A stretch of DNA of 64,000 bases from positions 96,355-160,354 of the forward strand of contig JAVKIP010000002.1 of NCBI GenBank assembly GCA_031459385.1. The letters are read 5' to 3'. How positions within the stretch are numbered: position 1 is the first letter of the stretch; every line of letters starts with the position of its first letter. Made by a program: the position numbers and the translations under genes. Of this stretch, positions 29,724 to 41,501 are shown piece by piece. The stretch is from Candidatus Fervidifonticultor secundus (GTDB taxonomy: Bacteria; Sysuimicrobiota; Sysuimicrobiia; Sysuimicrobiales; Humicultoraceae). The notes beneath the pieces were generated by a model, which worked only from the letters and a program-made list of their open reading frames with translations, had not been told where the DNA came from and searched no databases.

Positions 29724-32222
29724 GTGCCGAGCCAGCGGAGGTTCGCTCGTGGCCCGGGAGGGCCAGAGGAGGCACCTGTGACGGCTCCCGGTATTCCGAC
29801 GCAGATTCCGGAGCGGCTCCCGCTGCTCCCGCTGAAGGGCACGGTGGTCTTTCCATCCCAGGTCCAGGGGCTGGGCGTGGGACGGCCCAAGTCGCTGCGC
29901 GCCCTGGAGGCCGCGCTTGAGCGCGACCGGCTCATCGTGCTGGCGGCGCAGCGCGATGACGATATCAACGATCCGCGGCCCAAGGACATCTACACCGTCG
30001 GCACGGTGTGCCGGGTGCTCCAGATCGGCAAACAGCCCGATGGCGTGCTCCAGGTCATCGTGGAGGGTGTGCAGCGGGTGACGATCGATGGGTTCCCCCA
30101 GGAGGAGCCGTACTTCGAGGTGGCGGTCACGCCACGGCCGGATGTCCTGGAGAAGACGCCCGAGGTCGAGGCGCTCATGCGCGCCGTGCTGTCGCAGTTC
30201 GAACGGTTCGCGCGGCTCGCCCGGACCGTCCCGCCCGATCAGCTCGTGACGGCCAGCCAGGCCGAGGAGCCGGGGCGTCTGGCCGACCTCATCGCTCAGC
30301 ATCTCTCCCTGAAGTTGGAAGAGCGACAGAGCCTGCTGGAAGCCGACTCCAAGGCCCGGCTGGACCGGCTCAACACGATCCTGACCCGCGAACTCGCGGT
30401 GATGGAGCTGGAGCGCAAGATCCACAGCCGCGTGCGGAAGCAGATGGAGAAGTCGCAGCGTGAGTACTTCCTCAAGGAGCAGATGAAAGCCATCCAGCAG
30501 GAGCTCGGGGAAAGCGACGAGCGGCAGGCCGAGGTCAACGAGTACCGGAAGAAGATCGAGGCCGCGAACCTGCCCGAGCACGTGAAGCAGAAGGCGGTGG
30601 AGGAACTCGGCCGGCTGGAGAAGATGCCCCCCATGGTGGCCGAGGCGGTGGTCGTGCGCACCTACCTCGACTGGATCCTGGCCATCCCGTGGACCGTGCG
30701 CACCGAGGATCGTCTGGACATCGATGAGGCGCGACGAATTCTCGACGAAGACCACTATGGGCTGGAAAAGGCCAAGGAGCGCGTCATCGAGTACCTGGCG
30801 GTCCGCAAGCTGTCGCCGGAGTCGCGCGGCCCTATTCTGTGCTTCGTTGGGCCCCCAGGCGTGGGGAAGACCTCCATGGGCAAGTCCATCGCCCGCGCGC
30901 TGGGCCGCAAGTTCGTCCGCGTGTCGCTTGGTGGCGTCCGGGACGAGGCCGAGATCCGCGGACACCGTCGCACCTACGTCGGCGCCCTGCCGGGACGCAT
31001 CGTCCAGGGCCTCAAGCAAGCCGGCAGCCGCAACCCCGTGTTCATGCTCGATGAGATCGACAAGCTCGGCGTGGACTTCCGGGGGGATCCGTCCGCGGCG
31101 CTGCTGGAGGCGCTCGACCCCGAGCAGAACCATGCCTTCAGCGATCATTACCTGGAGCTGGCGCTGGATCTCTCCGAGGTGATGTTCATCACCACCGCCA
31201 ACATCTTGGAGACCATTCCTCCGGCGCTGCGCGACCGCATGGAGGTCATCCGGTTCCCGGGCTACATCGAAGAAGAGAAGGTCAAGATCGCCGAACAGTT
31301 CCTGGTGCCGAAGCAACTGAAGGCCAACGGCCTGACCCCCGCGCAGGTGAGCTTCGCCGCGGACGCCCTGCGGCTCATCGCCCGGGAGTACACCCGAGAG
31401 GCGGGCGTGCGGAACCTGGAGCGCGAGATCGGCGCGATCTGCCGCAAGGTGGCCACCGGCGTCGCGCGGGGCGTGGTGAAGAGCGCACGTATCACCCGCG
31501 CCAACGTCCACAAGTACCTCGGCCCGCCCAAGTTCAGGTTCGGCACTGCCGAGAAGCAGGACGAGGTGGGCGTCGCCACCGGCCTGGTCTACACGGAAAT
31601 GGGGGGCGACGTCGTCTCGGTGGAAGCCACCCTCATGCGCGGCGACGGGAAGCTGGTCCTCACGGGCCAGCTGGGTGACGTGATGAAGGAATCGGCGCAG
31701 GCCGCGCTCTCGTACGTGCGTGCCCGCGCGCGACGCTTCGGAGCCGACGAGGAGTTCTACCAGAAGACCGACGTGCACATCCACGTGCCCGCGGGCGCCG
31801 TGCCCAAAGACGGGCCCTCGGCGGGCATCACGATGGCGACGGCGCTAGCCTCGGCGGCAACCGGACGGCCTGTCCGCCGCGATGTGGCCATGACCGGGGA
31901 GATCACCCTCCGGGGCCGCGTGCTGCCGGTCGGCGGGCTGAAGGAGAAGATCCTGGCGGCCCACCGCGCAGGCATCCGGACGGTCATCGTGCCCAAGGAG
32001 AACGAGAAGGATCTCCAGGAGATCCCGGCTAACGTGCGCCGGGATCTGCGGCTCGTCCTGGTCTCGCATATGGACGAGGTCCTCGCGGAAGCGCTGCTGC
32101 CAGCGCGGGACGAGGCCGCGGCCTCTTCGGGGCCCGTGGCAATGCCCGAGCCGCTGGTCGCTCCCCCTGTCCCGCCGGTCCAGCCCGTACCGCGGCAGCC
32201 GGAGGCCCCGGCGATCAGCTAG
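29724..32222 (+). CDS. lon: Lon protease (alternative start GTG 29778)
   Basis: [22 protein letters not shown] catalytic Ser, GGLKEK. Confidence 0.97.
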   Translation: MPSQRRFARGPGGPEEAPVTAPGIPTQIPERLPLLPLKGTVVFPSQVQGLGVGRPKSLRALEAALERDRLIVLAAQRDDDINDPRPKDIYTVGTVCRVLQIGKQPDGVLQVIVEGVQRVTIDGFPQEEPYFEVAVTPRPDVLEKTPEVEALMRAVLSQFERFARLARTVPPDQLVTASQAEEPGRLADLIAQHLSLKLEERQSLLEADSKARLDRLNTILTRELAVMELERKIHSRVRKQMEKSQREYFLKEQMKAIQQELGESDERQAEVNEYRKKIEAANLPEHVKQKAVEELGRLEKMPPMVAEAVVVRTYLDWILAIPWTVRTEDRLDIDEARRILDEDHYGLEKAKERVIEYLAVRKLSPESRGPILCFVGPPGVGKTSMGKSIARALGRKFVRVSLGGVRDEAEIRGHRRTYVGALPGRIVQGLKQAGSRNPVFMLDEIDKLGVDFRGDPSAALLEALDPEQNHAFSDHYLELALDLSEVMFITTANILETIPPALRDRMEVIRFPGYIEEEKVKIAEQFLVPKQLKANGLTPAQVSFAADALRLIAREYTREAGVRNLEREIGAICRKVATGVARGVVKSARITRANVHKYLGPPKFRFGTAEKQDEVGVATGLVYTEMGGDVVSVEATLMRGDGKLVLTGQLGDVMKESAQAALSYVRARARRFGADEEFYQKTDVHIHVPAGAVPKDGPSAGITMATALASAATGRPVRRDVAMTGEITLRGRVLPVGGLKEKILAAHRAGIRTVIVPKENEKDLQEIPANVRRDLRLVLVSHMDEVLAEALLPARDEAAASSGPVAMPEPLVAPPVPPVQPVPRQPEAPAIS

Positions 32223-32325
32223 CCAGGCGTCCCGCGCCAGCCCGGGCCTGGCACCGCGCGTGAGGCTCGGGTCCGGCAGGCGGCCGGGAGCCTCTCCAGC
32301 CGTCTGCCGGGCGGTCTGCTGGAGC

Positions 32326-32697
<372 letters not shown>

Positions 32698-32772
32698 CTA
32701 CGGCCTCCTTTGCGTCACTCCCCTGCGACTCCACCGTAACACGGCAAGGCGCGCAGTCACAATAATACGAGA

Positions 32773-32810
32773 CTACAGTCGGAAAAGTTGACAAAATACA
32801 AAAACTGTAG
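32773..32810. promoter_or_regulatory. AT-rich divergent promoter region with inverted repeat (possible GntR operator)
   Basis: CTACAGT(32773)/ACTGTAG(32804) flank TTGACAAAATACAA. Confidence 0.45.
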
Positions 32811-32858
32811 GACGCTTTTGGTGTACTGAATTCACACCGTTGACGGAGGACGCTCTGC

Positions 32859-33563
32859 GTGGTCGCGTCGCGCCCCGCGTCGGTCTGGGGACCACCGCCT
32901 GTCAGGGAAACCGTGAGCGGCGTCGCATACAGGAGGCTGCGCGACGCCATCCTCGCGGGTCTCCTGAGTCCTGAGACGCGCATCAACGAGGTCGAACTGG
33001 CGCAGGCCTGGCGGGTCAGCCGGACGCCAATACGGGACGCCCTGCGCCGGCTGGCGGCAGAGGGGCTGGTGGAGCCGGCGCCCGGACGGGGAATGGTCGT
33101 GATGCGCCTTTCGCTGGCTGACGCCGAGGAACTGTACGAGGTGCGCGAGGCGCTGGAGGCCCGTGCCGCCCGACTGGCGGCCGAACGCGGCGCGGACGAC
33201 CTCCCGGTCGCGCTGAACGCGATCATCAAGGCGTTCGGCGTGGCCCTCAAGGACGGCGATACCGAGCGTCTGCTGGCGCTCGACGCGGAGTTCCACACAG
33301 CGATTGCCGGCGCAGCGCGCAACGCCCGGCTCCAGCGGCTGATCGAGCAACTGCGGGTGCAGACGCAACCCGCCCGCGTGCGCGCGCTGCGGGTCCGCGG
33401 CCGGGCGCAGAAGACGTTCCGCGAACTGGCGCGGCTTGCCGGGGCGATCCGCACGCGCGATGCCCCCCGGGCCGAGGCCGCCATGCGCGAGCACCTGGCC
33501 AGCGTGCGCGCCGACCTGGCCGCGGCCTTCCAGACCCCCGAGGCCGAGCGCCCGCCGGCTTGA
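32859..33563 (+). CDS. GntR/FCD family transcriptional regulator
   Basis: LRDAIL..RINEVELA..VSRTPIRDAL HTH; EFH, MREHL FCD motifs. Confidence 0.9.
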   Translation: MVASRPASVWGPPPVRETVSGVAYRRLRDAILAGLLSPETRINEVELAQAWRVSRTPIRDALRRLAAEGLVEPAPGRGMVVMRLSLADAEELYEVREALEARAARLAAERGADDLPVALNAIIKAFGVALKDGDTERLLALDAEFHTAIAGAARNARLQRLIEQLRVQTQPARVRALRVRGRAQKTFRELARLAGAIRTRDAPRAEAAMREHLASVRADLAAAFQTPEAERPPA

Positions 33564-33587
33564 CCCTGAACGCGCCACGCCTATAAT
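33560..33587 (+). promoter_or_regulatory. sigma70 promoter of the valS leader
   Basis: TTGACC(33560)-16 bp-TATAAT(33582). Confidence 0.7.
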
Positions 33588-33594
33588 CGAGCCA

Positions 33595-33846
33595 ACAGGC
33601 AACGACGGGGAGGAGTAGGCCGGCAGGTCCCCCAGCGAGGATGGCCCACGGCTGAGAGGCCATCTGGTAACCGACCGGCCGAACGTCGCCCCTGAGCCGC
33701 GGTCTGACGCGTGACGCCAGGACCGCCGGGTTCGCCCGAGAGCGCGAATGTCGAGGTCCCACGGTCGGCGGGCGGCCGCACCGTGGGAACCAGGGTGGTA
33801 CCGCGGAGCGCCGCTTCGCCCTTGGGCAAGCGGCGCCGTGCTTTTC
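33595..33846 (+). ncRNA. T-box riboswitch (Val)
   Basis: AGTA, AGCGA/GGCTGAGA stem I motifs; specifier GAAC-GTC (Val, 33685); T-box AGGGTGGTACCGCG (33792); terminator hairpin GCGCCGCTT/AAGCGGCGC then TTTT. Confidence 0.92.
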
Positions 33847-33859
33847 CCAGGGGGCATCG

Positions 33860-36568
33860 ATGGCGACCGGTGAGAGCGCGCGCAGGTACAGACAGACGGC
33901 GGCGACGCCAGAAGCAGGGGGGAGGTCGCTCGCGGCCAGCCGCGCCGGCGGGTACGATCCGCTTCAGGTAGAGCCGCGCCGCTACCAGGAGTGGCTGGCC
34001 CGGGGGTATTTCCATGCGCCGGTGGACCCCTCGCGCACGCCCTTTGTGATCATGATGCCCCTGCCCAACATCACGGGCACGCTGCACATGGGCCACGCGG
34101 TGAACCACACGGTCCAGGACCTCCTGATCCGCTGGCGCCGGATGCAGGGGTTCAACGCCATGTGGCTGCCGGGCACCGATCACGCCAGCATTGCCACCCA
34201 CGTGGTCATGGAACGCGAGCTGGCCAAGGAGGGCAAGACGCGGTTCGACCTGGGCCGGGAGCAGTTTCTGAAGTTTGCCTGGGCGTGGAAGGAGAAGTAT
34301 GGCGGCCTGATCTACCATCAAATTCGCCGCATGGGAATGAGCTGCGACTGGGACCGCGTCACGTTTACCATGGATCCCGGCTACTACGACGCCGTCGTCG
34401 AGTGCTTCCTACGCCTGTACCGCAAGGGTTACATCTACTACGGCCAGCGCATGATCAACTGGTGCCCCCGGGACCAGACGAGCGTCTCCGACCTGGAGGT
34501 GGACTACCAGCCGCTGGACAGCCACCTCTGGTACGTGCGCTACCGCGGCGCCGACGGAGGGCCCGACGTGGTGATCGCCACCCAGCGTCCCGAGACGATC
34601 CTGGCAGACGTGGCCGTGGCCGTGCACCCGGACGACGACCGCTGGCGCGGGGTCGTGGGCCGCCAAGTGATCGTGCCCATCGTCCAGCGGCGCGTTCCTG
34701 TCCTTGCCGACCGGCGGGTCGACCCGGGGTTCGGCACCGGCGCCTTGAAGATCACCCCAGGCCACGATCCCCTGGACAATGAGATCGGCGCCGACCACGG
34801 GCTGCCGGTGCTGGTCGTCCTCGATCGTCGCGGCCACATGACGGCCGAGACCGGCCCCTACGCCGGCCTGGACCGCTTCGAGGCCCGCACGGCTGTCGTG
34901 CGGGACCTGGAGGCCGCGGGGCTGATTGAGCGGGTGGAGCCCTACCGCACCAACGTGGGGCGTTGCGACCGATGCAAGACGATCCTGGAGCCGTATATCA
35001 CCGACCAGTGGTTCTGTCGCATGCGGGAGCTGGCGGTGCCGGCCATGGACGTGGTGCGGCAGGGGCGCGTGCGCTTCCATCCCGAGCGGTGGGCGAAAGT
35101 GTACCTGGACTGGATGGCGAACATCCGGGACTGGAACATCAGCCGTCGTCTGTGGTGGGGCCACCGTATTCCGGTCTGGCACTGTGCCAACGGCCACCTG
35201 ATCGCCCAGCGGGACGCGCCGGCACGCTGCCCCGACTGCGGCGGGGTGGCGCTCGAGCAGGAGGAGCAGATCCTCGACACGTGGTTCTCCTCGGCAGCCT
35301 GGCCGTTCGCGACCCTGGGCTGGCCGCGGGAGACGCCGGAACTCCGGTACTTCTACCCGACCAGCGTGCTGGTCACGGGGCGGGACATCATCTTCCTCTG
35401 GGTCGCACGCATGATCATGTTCGGGCTGGAGTTCGTGGGCGACGTGCCCTTCACTGACGTCTACATCAACCCCACGGTGCTGAACATCGAGGGGAAACGC
35501 ATGAGCAAGTCGCTCGGCACCGGGTTGGACCCGCTGGACTACGTCGAGCAGGGCTACGGGGCTGATGCGCTGCGCTACGCGCTGACGCTGCGTTGCTCGC
35601 AGGGCCAGCAGGACCTGCGGTTCAGCGAGAAGATGCTCGAGGACGTCCGGAACTTCAACAACAAGATCTGGAACGCGTCGCGGTTCGTGGGTATGCACCT
35701 CGAGGGCTTCACCCCGCAGCGCACGCCCGCGCCCGAGCAGCTCAGCGTCATCGACCGGTGGATCCGCAGCCGGTATGCCCGGCTGGTCGGACGGGTCACA
35801 GGGCACCTGGAGGCGTACGACTTCGACAAGGCAGCGCGCGCGCTGTACGACTTCATCTGGTCCGAGTACTGCGACTGGTACGTGGAGTTCTCCAAGGTCG
35901 ACCTGTACCGGGACGACCTGCCGGCCGGCCGACGGCTGGCCCTGCAGCACACGCTCTGGAGCGTGCTGGAGGGCACTCTGCGGCTCCTGCACCCGATCGT
36001 GCCCCATCTGACCGAGGAGATCTGGCAGAGCCTGCCGCACCAGGGCGAGAGCATCGTCATCGCGCCCTGGCCGTCTGCCGACCCGGAGATGGAGGATACC
36101 GCCGCGGAGGCGGAGGTGGAGACCCTCATGGCCGCCATCCGGGCCATCCGGTCGTTGCGAGCCGACCTGGGCCTGCCACCGTCCGCCCGGCTGACTCCCA
36201 GCGTGGCCGGACCCGCGCCGCGCCGCGCAGTGGTCGAGCGTCACCGGGAGTACGTGGCCCGCTTGGCGCGCGCTGATCTCAGCATCGTCGCCGACGGGCG
36301 GCGGCAGCCAGGCACCGTGGGCACCATCGCCGCCGGCCTGAGCGTCTCGCTCACCATCGCGGCGGCTGACCGCTCCAGGGCCAGACGTCGGCTGGAGCGA
36401 GAGCTCATGCGGGTACGGGCGGCCGCGGAGCGCGCGGCGGCCCGGCTGGCCGACGGCAACTTCCTGGCGCGGGCGCCGGAGGATGTCGTCGAGGAGGAGC
36501 GGCGCCGCGAAGAAGAGCTGCGCGCGCGCGAGCAGGTGCTCGCAGGATACCTGGCCGATCTCGCCTAG
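33860..36568 (+). CDS. valS: Valine--tRNA ligase
   Basis: PNITGTLHMGH, GTDHASIAT, DWNISR, LDTWFSS, RMSKS; C-terminal coiled coil; Val T-box upstream. Confidence 0.96.
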   Translation: MATGESARRYRQTAATPEAGGRSLAASRAGGYDPLQVEPRRYQEWLARGYFHAPVDPSRTPFVIMMPLPNITGTLHMGHAVNHTVQDLLIRWRRMQGFNAMWLPGTDHASIATHVVMERELAKEGKTRFDLGREQFLKFAWAWKEKYGGLIYHQIRRMGMSCDWDRVTFTMDPGYYDAVVECFLRLYRKGYIYYGQRMINWCPRDQTSVSDLEVDYQPLDSHLWYVRYRGADGGPDVVIATQRPETILADVAVAVHPDDDRWRGVVGRQVIVPIVQRRVPVLADRRVDPGFGTGALKITPGHDPLDNEIGADHGLPVLVVLDRRGHMTAETGPYAGLDRFEARTAVVRDLEAAGLIERVEPYRTNVGRCDRCKTILEPYITDQWFCRMRELAVPAMDVVRQGRVRFHPERWAKVYLDWMANIRDWNISRRLWWGHRIPVWHCANGHLIAQRDAPARCPDCGGVALEQEEQILDTWFSSAAWPFATLGWPRETPELRYFYPTSVLVTGRDIIFLWVARMIMFGLEFVGDVPFTDVYINPTVLNIEGKRMSKSLGTGLDPLDYVEQGYGADALRYALTLRCSQGQQDLRFSEKMLEDVRNFNNKIWNASRFVGMHLEGFTPQRTPAPEQLSVIDRWIRSRYARLVGRVTGHLEAYDFDKAARALYDFIWSEYCDWYVEFSKVDLYRDDLPAGRRLALQHTLWSVLEGTLRLLHPIVPHLTEEIWQSLPHQGESIVIAPWPSADPEMEDTAAEAEVETLMAAIRAIRSLRADLGLPPSARLTPSVAGPAPRRAVVERHREYVARLARADLSIVADGRRQPGTVGTIAAGLSVSLTIAAADRSRARRRLERELMRVRAAAERAAARLADGNFLARAPEDVVEEERRREEELRAREQVLAGYLADLA

Positions 36569-36615
36569 AGCGGGCGCCGGAGGAGTTCCCTGCCCGCCGC
36601 CGAAGAGGGCGTCTC

Positions 36616-37173
36616 GTGCGCTCCAATAGCGTGCTCGCCGGACTGGCGCTGGTCGGGCTCTTCGTGCTCTCCCTCGTCGTGGGCTACGTTGTGGGCGAGC
36701 GGTACTTCACGCGACCGCCGGGGCCGACGGCAGATGTCCCGCCCCCTACGGTCCCTCCGTCACCGGCACCGCGGCCGCCGGCGGCCGGGCCGTCGCCCGC
36801 GATGGTGCCGACGCCGGGCCCGGCGCCGGGCCCGGTGACCACACCGCCAGCGCTCTCCGGTCCCGCTCCTGCACCGTCGCCACCCCCGCCGGCTCCCAGC
36901 CCCGTGGCCGGCGCAGCTCCCCCGCCGCCCGCGGCGACGCCGCCGGCCGACACCGACCAGGCACTGTACATCGTGCAGGCCGGAGCCTTCTCCAGCCACG
37001 AGCGCGCCCGGGTACACGCCGAGGGTCTGCGACAGGACGGGTTCGCGCCCTACATCGTTCGCGAGGGCGGGCTGTACAAGGTCCGCCTCGGCGCGTTCCG
37101 CGATCGGGCCCGGGCCGATGCGCTGGCCGCCCGCGCACGCGCGCGGGGGTACGAGGTGGCCATCGTCCGGTAG
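36616..37173 (+). CDS. Membrane-anchored SPOR domain protein with Pro-rich linker
   Basis: N-terminal TM, Pro/Ala linker, YIVQAGAFS..YKVRLGAF SPOR domain. Confidence 0.85.
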   Translation: MRSNSVLAGLALVGLFVLSLVVGYVVGERYFTRPPGPTADVPPPTVPPSPAPRPPAAGPSPAMVPTPGPAPGPVTTPPALSGPAPAPSPPPPAPSPVAGAAPPPPAATPPADTDQALYIVQAGAFSSHERARVHAEGLRQDGFAPYIVREGGLYKVRLGAFRDRARADALAARARARGYEVAIVR

Positions 37174-37246
37174 CACCCAGCGCACCGCCGGGTCGACGCC
37201 GCACGGACACATCGCACGCCAGGCCCTGGCGACGGAGGACAGACCA

Positions 37247-38212
37247 ATGCGCGCCCCGCAACCGCAGGACCCCGCGAGCCTGGGGTTCGAGCGCATCCGC
37301 TACGCCAAGGAGGGTCCCCGGGCCACCGTGACGATCGCCCGGCCCGAGGTGTTGAACGCCCTCGACTTCCCCACGCTGCGGGAGATGAGCCGCGCGTTCG
37401 AGGATGCGGCCTGGGATGACGCCATCGCCGTGGTGGTGCTGACCGGTGCTGGCGACCGGGCATTCTGCACCGGCGCTGACCTGCGCGAACAGGAGCAGTT
37501 CCTCGAGCGCCCCCGCGACTACTGGAAGTGGATGGGGGCGTTCATCGAAGCGCAGGAACGCCTGCGCAACATCGGCAAGCCGACCGTGGCGCGCCTCAAC
37601 GGCATGGTTGTCGGCGGCGGCAACGAGTTCAACCTGGCGTGCGACTTCGCCGTGGCCGCCGACGACATCGCCATCCGACACGTGGGACCGGCCCGCGGGA
37701 GCGTGCCGGCGGCGGGCGCCACGCAGTGGCTGCCCCTCGTCGTGGGGGACCGCCGCGCCCGGGAGATCCTCTTCCTGTGCGAGGAGATCCCGGCCAGGCA
37801 GGCGCTGGCGTGGGGGCTGGTGAACCGTGTCGTGCCGCGGGTGGACCTGGACGCCGCTGTGGACGAACTGGTCGCGAAACTGGTCAACAAACTCCCTGAG
37901 GTCACGCGGTACACGAAGCAGCAGCTCAACTTCTGGCGGGACCTGTCCTGGCATTTGACGATAGGCCACGCGCGGGACTGGCTCACGCTGCACGCCGGCG
38001 CCGCGGAGACCTACGAGGGCATCCGCGCGTTCCTCGAGAAGCGCCCGGTGGACTACGCGGGCATCCGCCGCCGGCTGGCCGCGGGGGCGTCCACCGAGTT
38101 CCTCTGGGGGCCGGCGGTGCGCACCTGCCCGGCCTGCGGAGTCCACGGGCTGCCGGCGGAGTTCCGCTTCTGCGGTCGGTGCGGGGCCGCGCTGCCGTCC
38201 GCCAGCGGGTAG
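37247..38212 (+). CDS. Crotonase-family enzyme (Oah/MenB-like) with C-terminal zinc ribbon
   Basis: RAFCTGADL, NGMVVGGGNE, GSVPAAGATQWLP; C-terminal CPACG-x10-CGRCG. Confidence 0.8.
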   Translation: MRAPQPQDPASLGFERIRYAKEGPRATVTIARPEVLNALDFPTLREMSRAFEDAAWDDAIAVVVLTGAGDRAFCTGADLREQEQFLERPRDYWKWMGAFIEAQERLRNIGKPTVARLNGMVVGGGNEFNLACDFAVAADDIAIRHVGPARGSVPAAGATQWLPLVVGDRRAREILFLCEEIPARQALAWGLVNRVVPRVDLDAAVDELVAKLVNKLPEVTRYTKQQLNFWRDLSWHLTIGHARDWLTLHAGAAETYEGIRAFLEKRPVDYAGIRRRLAAGASTEFLWGPAVRTCPACGVHGLPAEFRFCGRCGAALPSASG

Positions 38213-38224
38213 AGGAGGCAACCG

Positions 38225-38998
38225 ATGACCTACGTGAACCTGCTGGTTGAGCGCGACGGGCCGGTGGTGATCGTCACGCTGCATCGTCCCACGGTGCTCA
38301 ACGCGCTCAGCCGCGAGACGATGGATGAGCTCGTCACCGCGCTGGAGGCGGCCGATGGGGAGGACACGGTGCGCTGCATGGTGGTGACGGGAAGCGACCG
38401 GGCGTTTGCGGCCGGTGCGGACGTCAACGAGTTCATCGACGCGACCCCGGTGACGATGCTGCGCGGGTACCGGTTCCAGCAGTGGGAGCGCATCCGCAGA
38501 CTCGGCAAGCCGGTGATCGCGGCGGTGCGGGGCTACGCGCTGGGCGGCGGGTGCGAACTGGCGATGCTGTGCGACATGATCGTCGCCGGCGAGGGCGCCC
38601 GCTTCGGTCAGCCCGAGATCAACATCGGCCTCATGCCCGGGGCAGGGGGGACCCAGCGCCTGACGCGGGCCGTGGGGAAGGCGCGGGCCATGGAGATCGT
38701 CTTGACGGGACGGCACGTGTCGGCGACGGAGGCCTACGCCATGGGGCTCGTGACGCGGGTGGTGCCTGACGAGGTCGTCCTGGACGAGGCTCGGCGGCTG
38801 GCGCACGTCATCGCGTCGAAGCCGCCGGTCGCCGTGCGCCTGGCCAAGGAGGCGATCCTGAAAGCGTTCGACACGACGCTGGAGGTCGGTCTGGACCACG
38901 AGCGCCGGTTGTTCTACCTCCTGTTCGCCACCGAAGACAAGACCGAGGGCGTCCGGGCGTTCCTCGAGAAGCGCCCGCCGTCGTTCCAGGGTCGTTGA
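38225..38998 (+). CDS. paaF: Enoyl-CoA hydratase (PaaF-like)
   Basis: AFAAGAD, GGGCELA, FGQPEI, PGAGGTQRL; cluster context. Confidence 0.75.
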   Translation: MTYVNLLVERDGPVVIVTLHRPTVLNALSRETMDELVTALEAADGEDTVRCMVVTGSDRAFAAGADVNEFIDATPVTMLRGYRFQQWERIRRLGKPVIAAVRGYALGGGCELAMLCDMIVAGEGARFGQPEINIGLMPGAGGTQRLTRAVGKARAMEIVLTGRHVSATEAYAMGLVTRVVPDEVVLDEARRLAHVIASKPPVAVRLAKEAILKAFDTTLEVGLDHERRLFYLLFATEDKTEGVRAFLEKRPPSFQGR

Positions 38999-39017
38999 GC
39001 GGAGGGAGGGAGGAGGT

Positions 39018-39812
39018 GTGAGCATCCTGCCATCGCTGTCCACCGTGCTTGTGGCGCTGGACGGGGGCGTGCTGACGCTGACCCTGAACCGGCCTGACGT
39101 GCTCAACGCCGTCAACGAGCAACTCACCGCCGACTTGCACGAGGGGCTGCGCTTCGCCGAACGGACCTCCGAGGTCAGGTGCGTGGTGGTGACCGGGGCG
39201 GGGCGAGGGTTCTGCTCCGGGCAAGACCTGCGGGAGCGGACCGGAGCCCCAGGGGTGTCGTACGGGGACTCGCTGCGCCGCCGCTATAATCCGGTCATCC
39301 TTCGGATGCGTACCATCGAGAAACCGGTCATTGCAGCGGTCAATGGTGTGGCCGCCGGCGCGGGCTGCAACCTGGCGCTGGCGGCCGATCTCCGCATCGC
39401 GTCGGATCGCGCGTCGTTCATCGAGGTCTTCAGCCGGGTCGGGCTCATCCCCGACTCCGGAGGGACGTTCACGCTCCCGCGCCTGGTGGGCTTGGGGAAG
39501 GCTCTGGAGCTGGCGTTCACGGCCGATCCCATCGACGCGCAGGAGGCGCTGCAGTTGGGGCTGGTCAACCGGGTGGTCTCTCATGACGAGTTGATGCCGC
39601 AGACGCTGGCCCTGGCCACCAGGCTCGCGCAGGGCCCGACGCGGGGATTCGGGCTTACGAAGCGCGCCTTCAACTACGCCCTCTCGGCATCGCTGGAGGC
39701 AGCGCTGGAGTACGAGGCGCACCTGCAGGAGATCGCCGGCCGTACTGCCGACCATCGCGAGGGTGTGGCGGCCTTCCTGGAGAAGCGCCCGCCCCGCTTC
39801 GAAGGACGGTAG
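39018..39812 (+). CDS. paaG: Epoxyphenylacetyl-CoA isomerase-like crotonase (PaaG-like)
   Basis: GFCSGQDL, YNP, AAGAGCNLALA, GLIPDSGG. Confidence 0.75.
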   Translation: MSILPSLSTVLVALDGGVLTLTLNRPDVLNAVNEQLTADLHEGLRFAERTSEVRCVVVTGAGRGFCSGQDLRERTGAPGVSYGDSLRRRYNPVILRMRTIEKPVIAAVNGVAAGAGCNLALAADLRIASDRASFIEVFSRVGLIPDSGGTFTLPRLVGLGKALELAFTADPIDAQEALQLGLVNRVVSHDELMPQTLALATRLAQGPTRGFGLTKRAFNYALSASLEAALEYEAHLQEIAGRTADHREGVAAFLEKRPPRFEGR

Positions 39813-39821
39813 GCGACCGGC

Positions 39822-41501
39822 GTGGGTGCGCGCCCGGTCATCGGCGTGGTGGGAGCGGGGACCATGGGCGGTGGCATCGCCCAGGTCGCGGCCATCGCCG
39901 GGTTTCCCGTGATCGTCGTTGACGTCTCGCCGGACGCCCTCGGGCGGTGTCGGGAGCGCATTGCGGCGGCGCTGGCCCGGCGCGTCGCCGACGGCCGGCT
40001 CGCACAGGCCGACGCCGAGGCGGCGTTGGGACGTCTGCACTGGGTCACCGGGCTCGAGGCGCTGGGCGGCGCCACGGTGGTGATCGAGGCGGTCTTCGAG
40101 GACCTGGCGGTGAAGCGCGACGTGTTCGCCCGGCTTGACGCGCAGTGTCCGGCATCGGTGATCCTGGCATCCAACACGTCGTCGCTGCCCATCACCCGCA
40201 TCGCCGCAGCCACGCGGCATCCCGGCCGCGTCGTCGGTCTGCACTTCTTCAATCCGGTGCCCGCTATGGCGCTGGTCGAGGTCGTGCAGGGGGAGGAGAC
40301 GGCCGAGGCGACGATGCAGGCCGCGGTGGACCTGGTGCGGGCCCTGGGCAAGCAGCCGGTGCGCGTGCGTGACGCGCCTGGGTTCCTGGTCAACCGCGTG
40401 GCCCGGCCGTTCTACACCGAAGCCCTGCGCGTGCTTGCCGACCGGCGCGCGCCGGTGGAGACGATCGACCGCATCATGCGCCAGGCCGGCGGGTTCCGGA
40501 TGGGGCCCTTCGAGTTGCTGGACCTGATCGGGCTAGACGTCAACCTGGCCGTATCGCGCTCCATCTACGAAGCGTTCTTCCACGATCCGCGCTACCGGCC
40601 GCATCCGATCCAGCAGCGCATGGTGGATGCGGGGTTGGTGGGGCGGAAGGCCGGCCGGGGGTTCTATGACTACCGGCAGCGCACGGGGAGCGCGGAGGGC
40701 CAGGCGCCGGCCGGGGCCCCACCTGCGCCCGGCCCGTCGGGTACTCAGGTCCCGGTCCTGGCGGGGAACACCCGGGCGGCCGGACCGGTCGTCGTGCTGG
40801 GAGAAAACCGCCTGGCCGAGGACCTGGCGGCGCACGCCCGCGCCGCTGGCCTGGCCGTGGCAGCCCAACCGCCGCGGACGGGCCGGCGGCGGGCCGCTGT
40901 CATCGTCGACGCGTCGCTGGACCAGGCCGGCGAGAAGGCGCAGCGCCTTGCGGCGCTGGAGCCGCAGCTCACACCAGATGCGATGGTGCTCACGCTGACG
41001 CTGAGCGCGTCGGTCACGGAGGCCGCGCGCCTGTGCGCCCTGCCGGAGCGCGTGGTGGGGTTTGCGACGCTCCCGCCCCTGGCCGACCGCCCGCTGGTGG
41101 AAGTGCAGGCCGGGCTGCGGACGGGCCGACGGGCCGTGGAGCAGGCGCTGGCGTTCTGGGCCTCCCTGGGCAAGCACGTGGTGGAGATCGGCGACGGCGC
41201 GGCCGGCGTCTTCCCCAGGATTCAGGCACTGGTCTGCCACGAGGCGATCGTGGCGGTCGCCGACGGCGTGGCCACTCCGGCGGACATTGACACGGCCATG
41301 CGGCTTGGCATGAACTATCCGCAGGGCCCGGTGGAACGAGCAGAAGCTGCCGGTCTCGAGGTGGTCCTGGCGGTCGTGGATGGCCTGTTCGCCGAGCACA
41401 GGGACCCGCGGTATCGCGCCGCACCGTGGCTGCGTCGTCTCGTGGCGGCCGGCTACGGGCACGTGCCCGTCGGGCCAGGCGGCCGACAGCCTTCGGAGTG
41501 A
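39822..41501 (+). CDS. paaH: 3-hydroxyacyl-CoA dehydrogenase, long PaaH-type
   Basis: [36 protein letters not shown]; duplicated C-terminal domain (MNYPQGP). Confidence 0.8.
   Translation: MGARPVIGVVGAGTMGGGIAQVAAIAGFPVIVVDVSPDALGRCRERIAAALARRVADGRLAQADAEAALGRLHWVTGLEALGGATVVIEAVFEDLAVKRDVFARLDAQCPASVILASNTSSLPITRIAAATRHPGRVVGLHFFNPVPAMALVEVVQGEETAEATMQAAVDLVRALGKQPVRVRDAPGFLVNRVARPFYTEALRVLADRRAPVETIDRIMRQAGGFRMGPFELLDLIGLDVNLAVSRSIYEAFFHDPRYRPHPIQQRMVDAGLVGRKAGRGFYDYRQRTGSAEGQAPAGAPPAPGPSGTQVPVLAGNTRAAGPVVVLGENRLAEDLAAHARAAGLAVAAQPPRTGRRRAAVIVDASLDQAGEKAQRLAALEPQLTPDAMVLTLTLSASVTEAARLCALPERVVGFATLPPLADRPLVEVQAGLRTGRRAVEQALAFWASLGKHVVEIGDGAAGVFPRIQALVCHEAIVAVADGVATPADIDTAMRLGMNYPQGPVERAEAAGLEVVLAVVDGLFAEHRDPRYRAAPWLRRLVAAGYGHVPVGPGGRQPSE

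Noticed and set aside
36715..36950. Repetitive CCG-rich tract
   Set aside because: Encodes the Pro-rich SPOR linker; not a CRISPR or DNA repeat element
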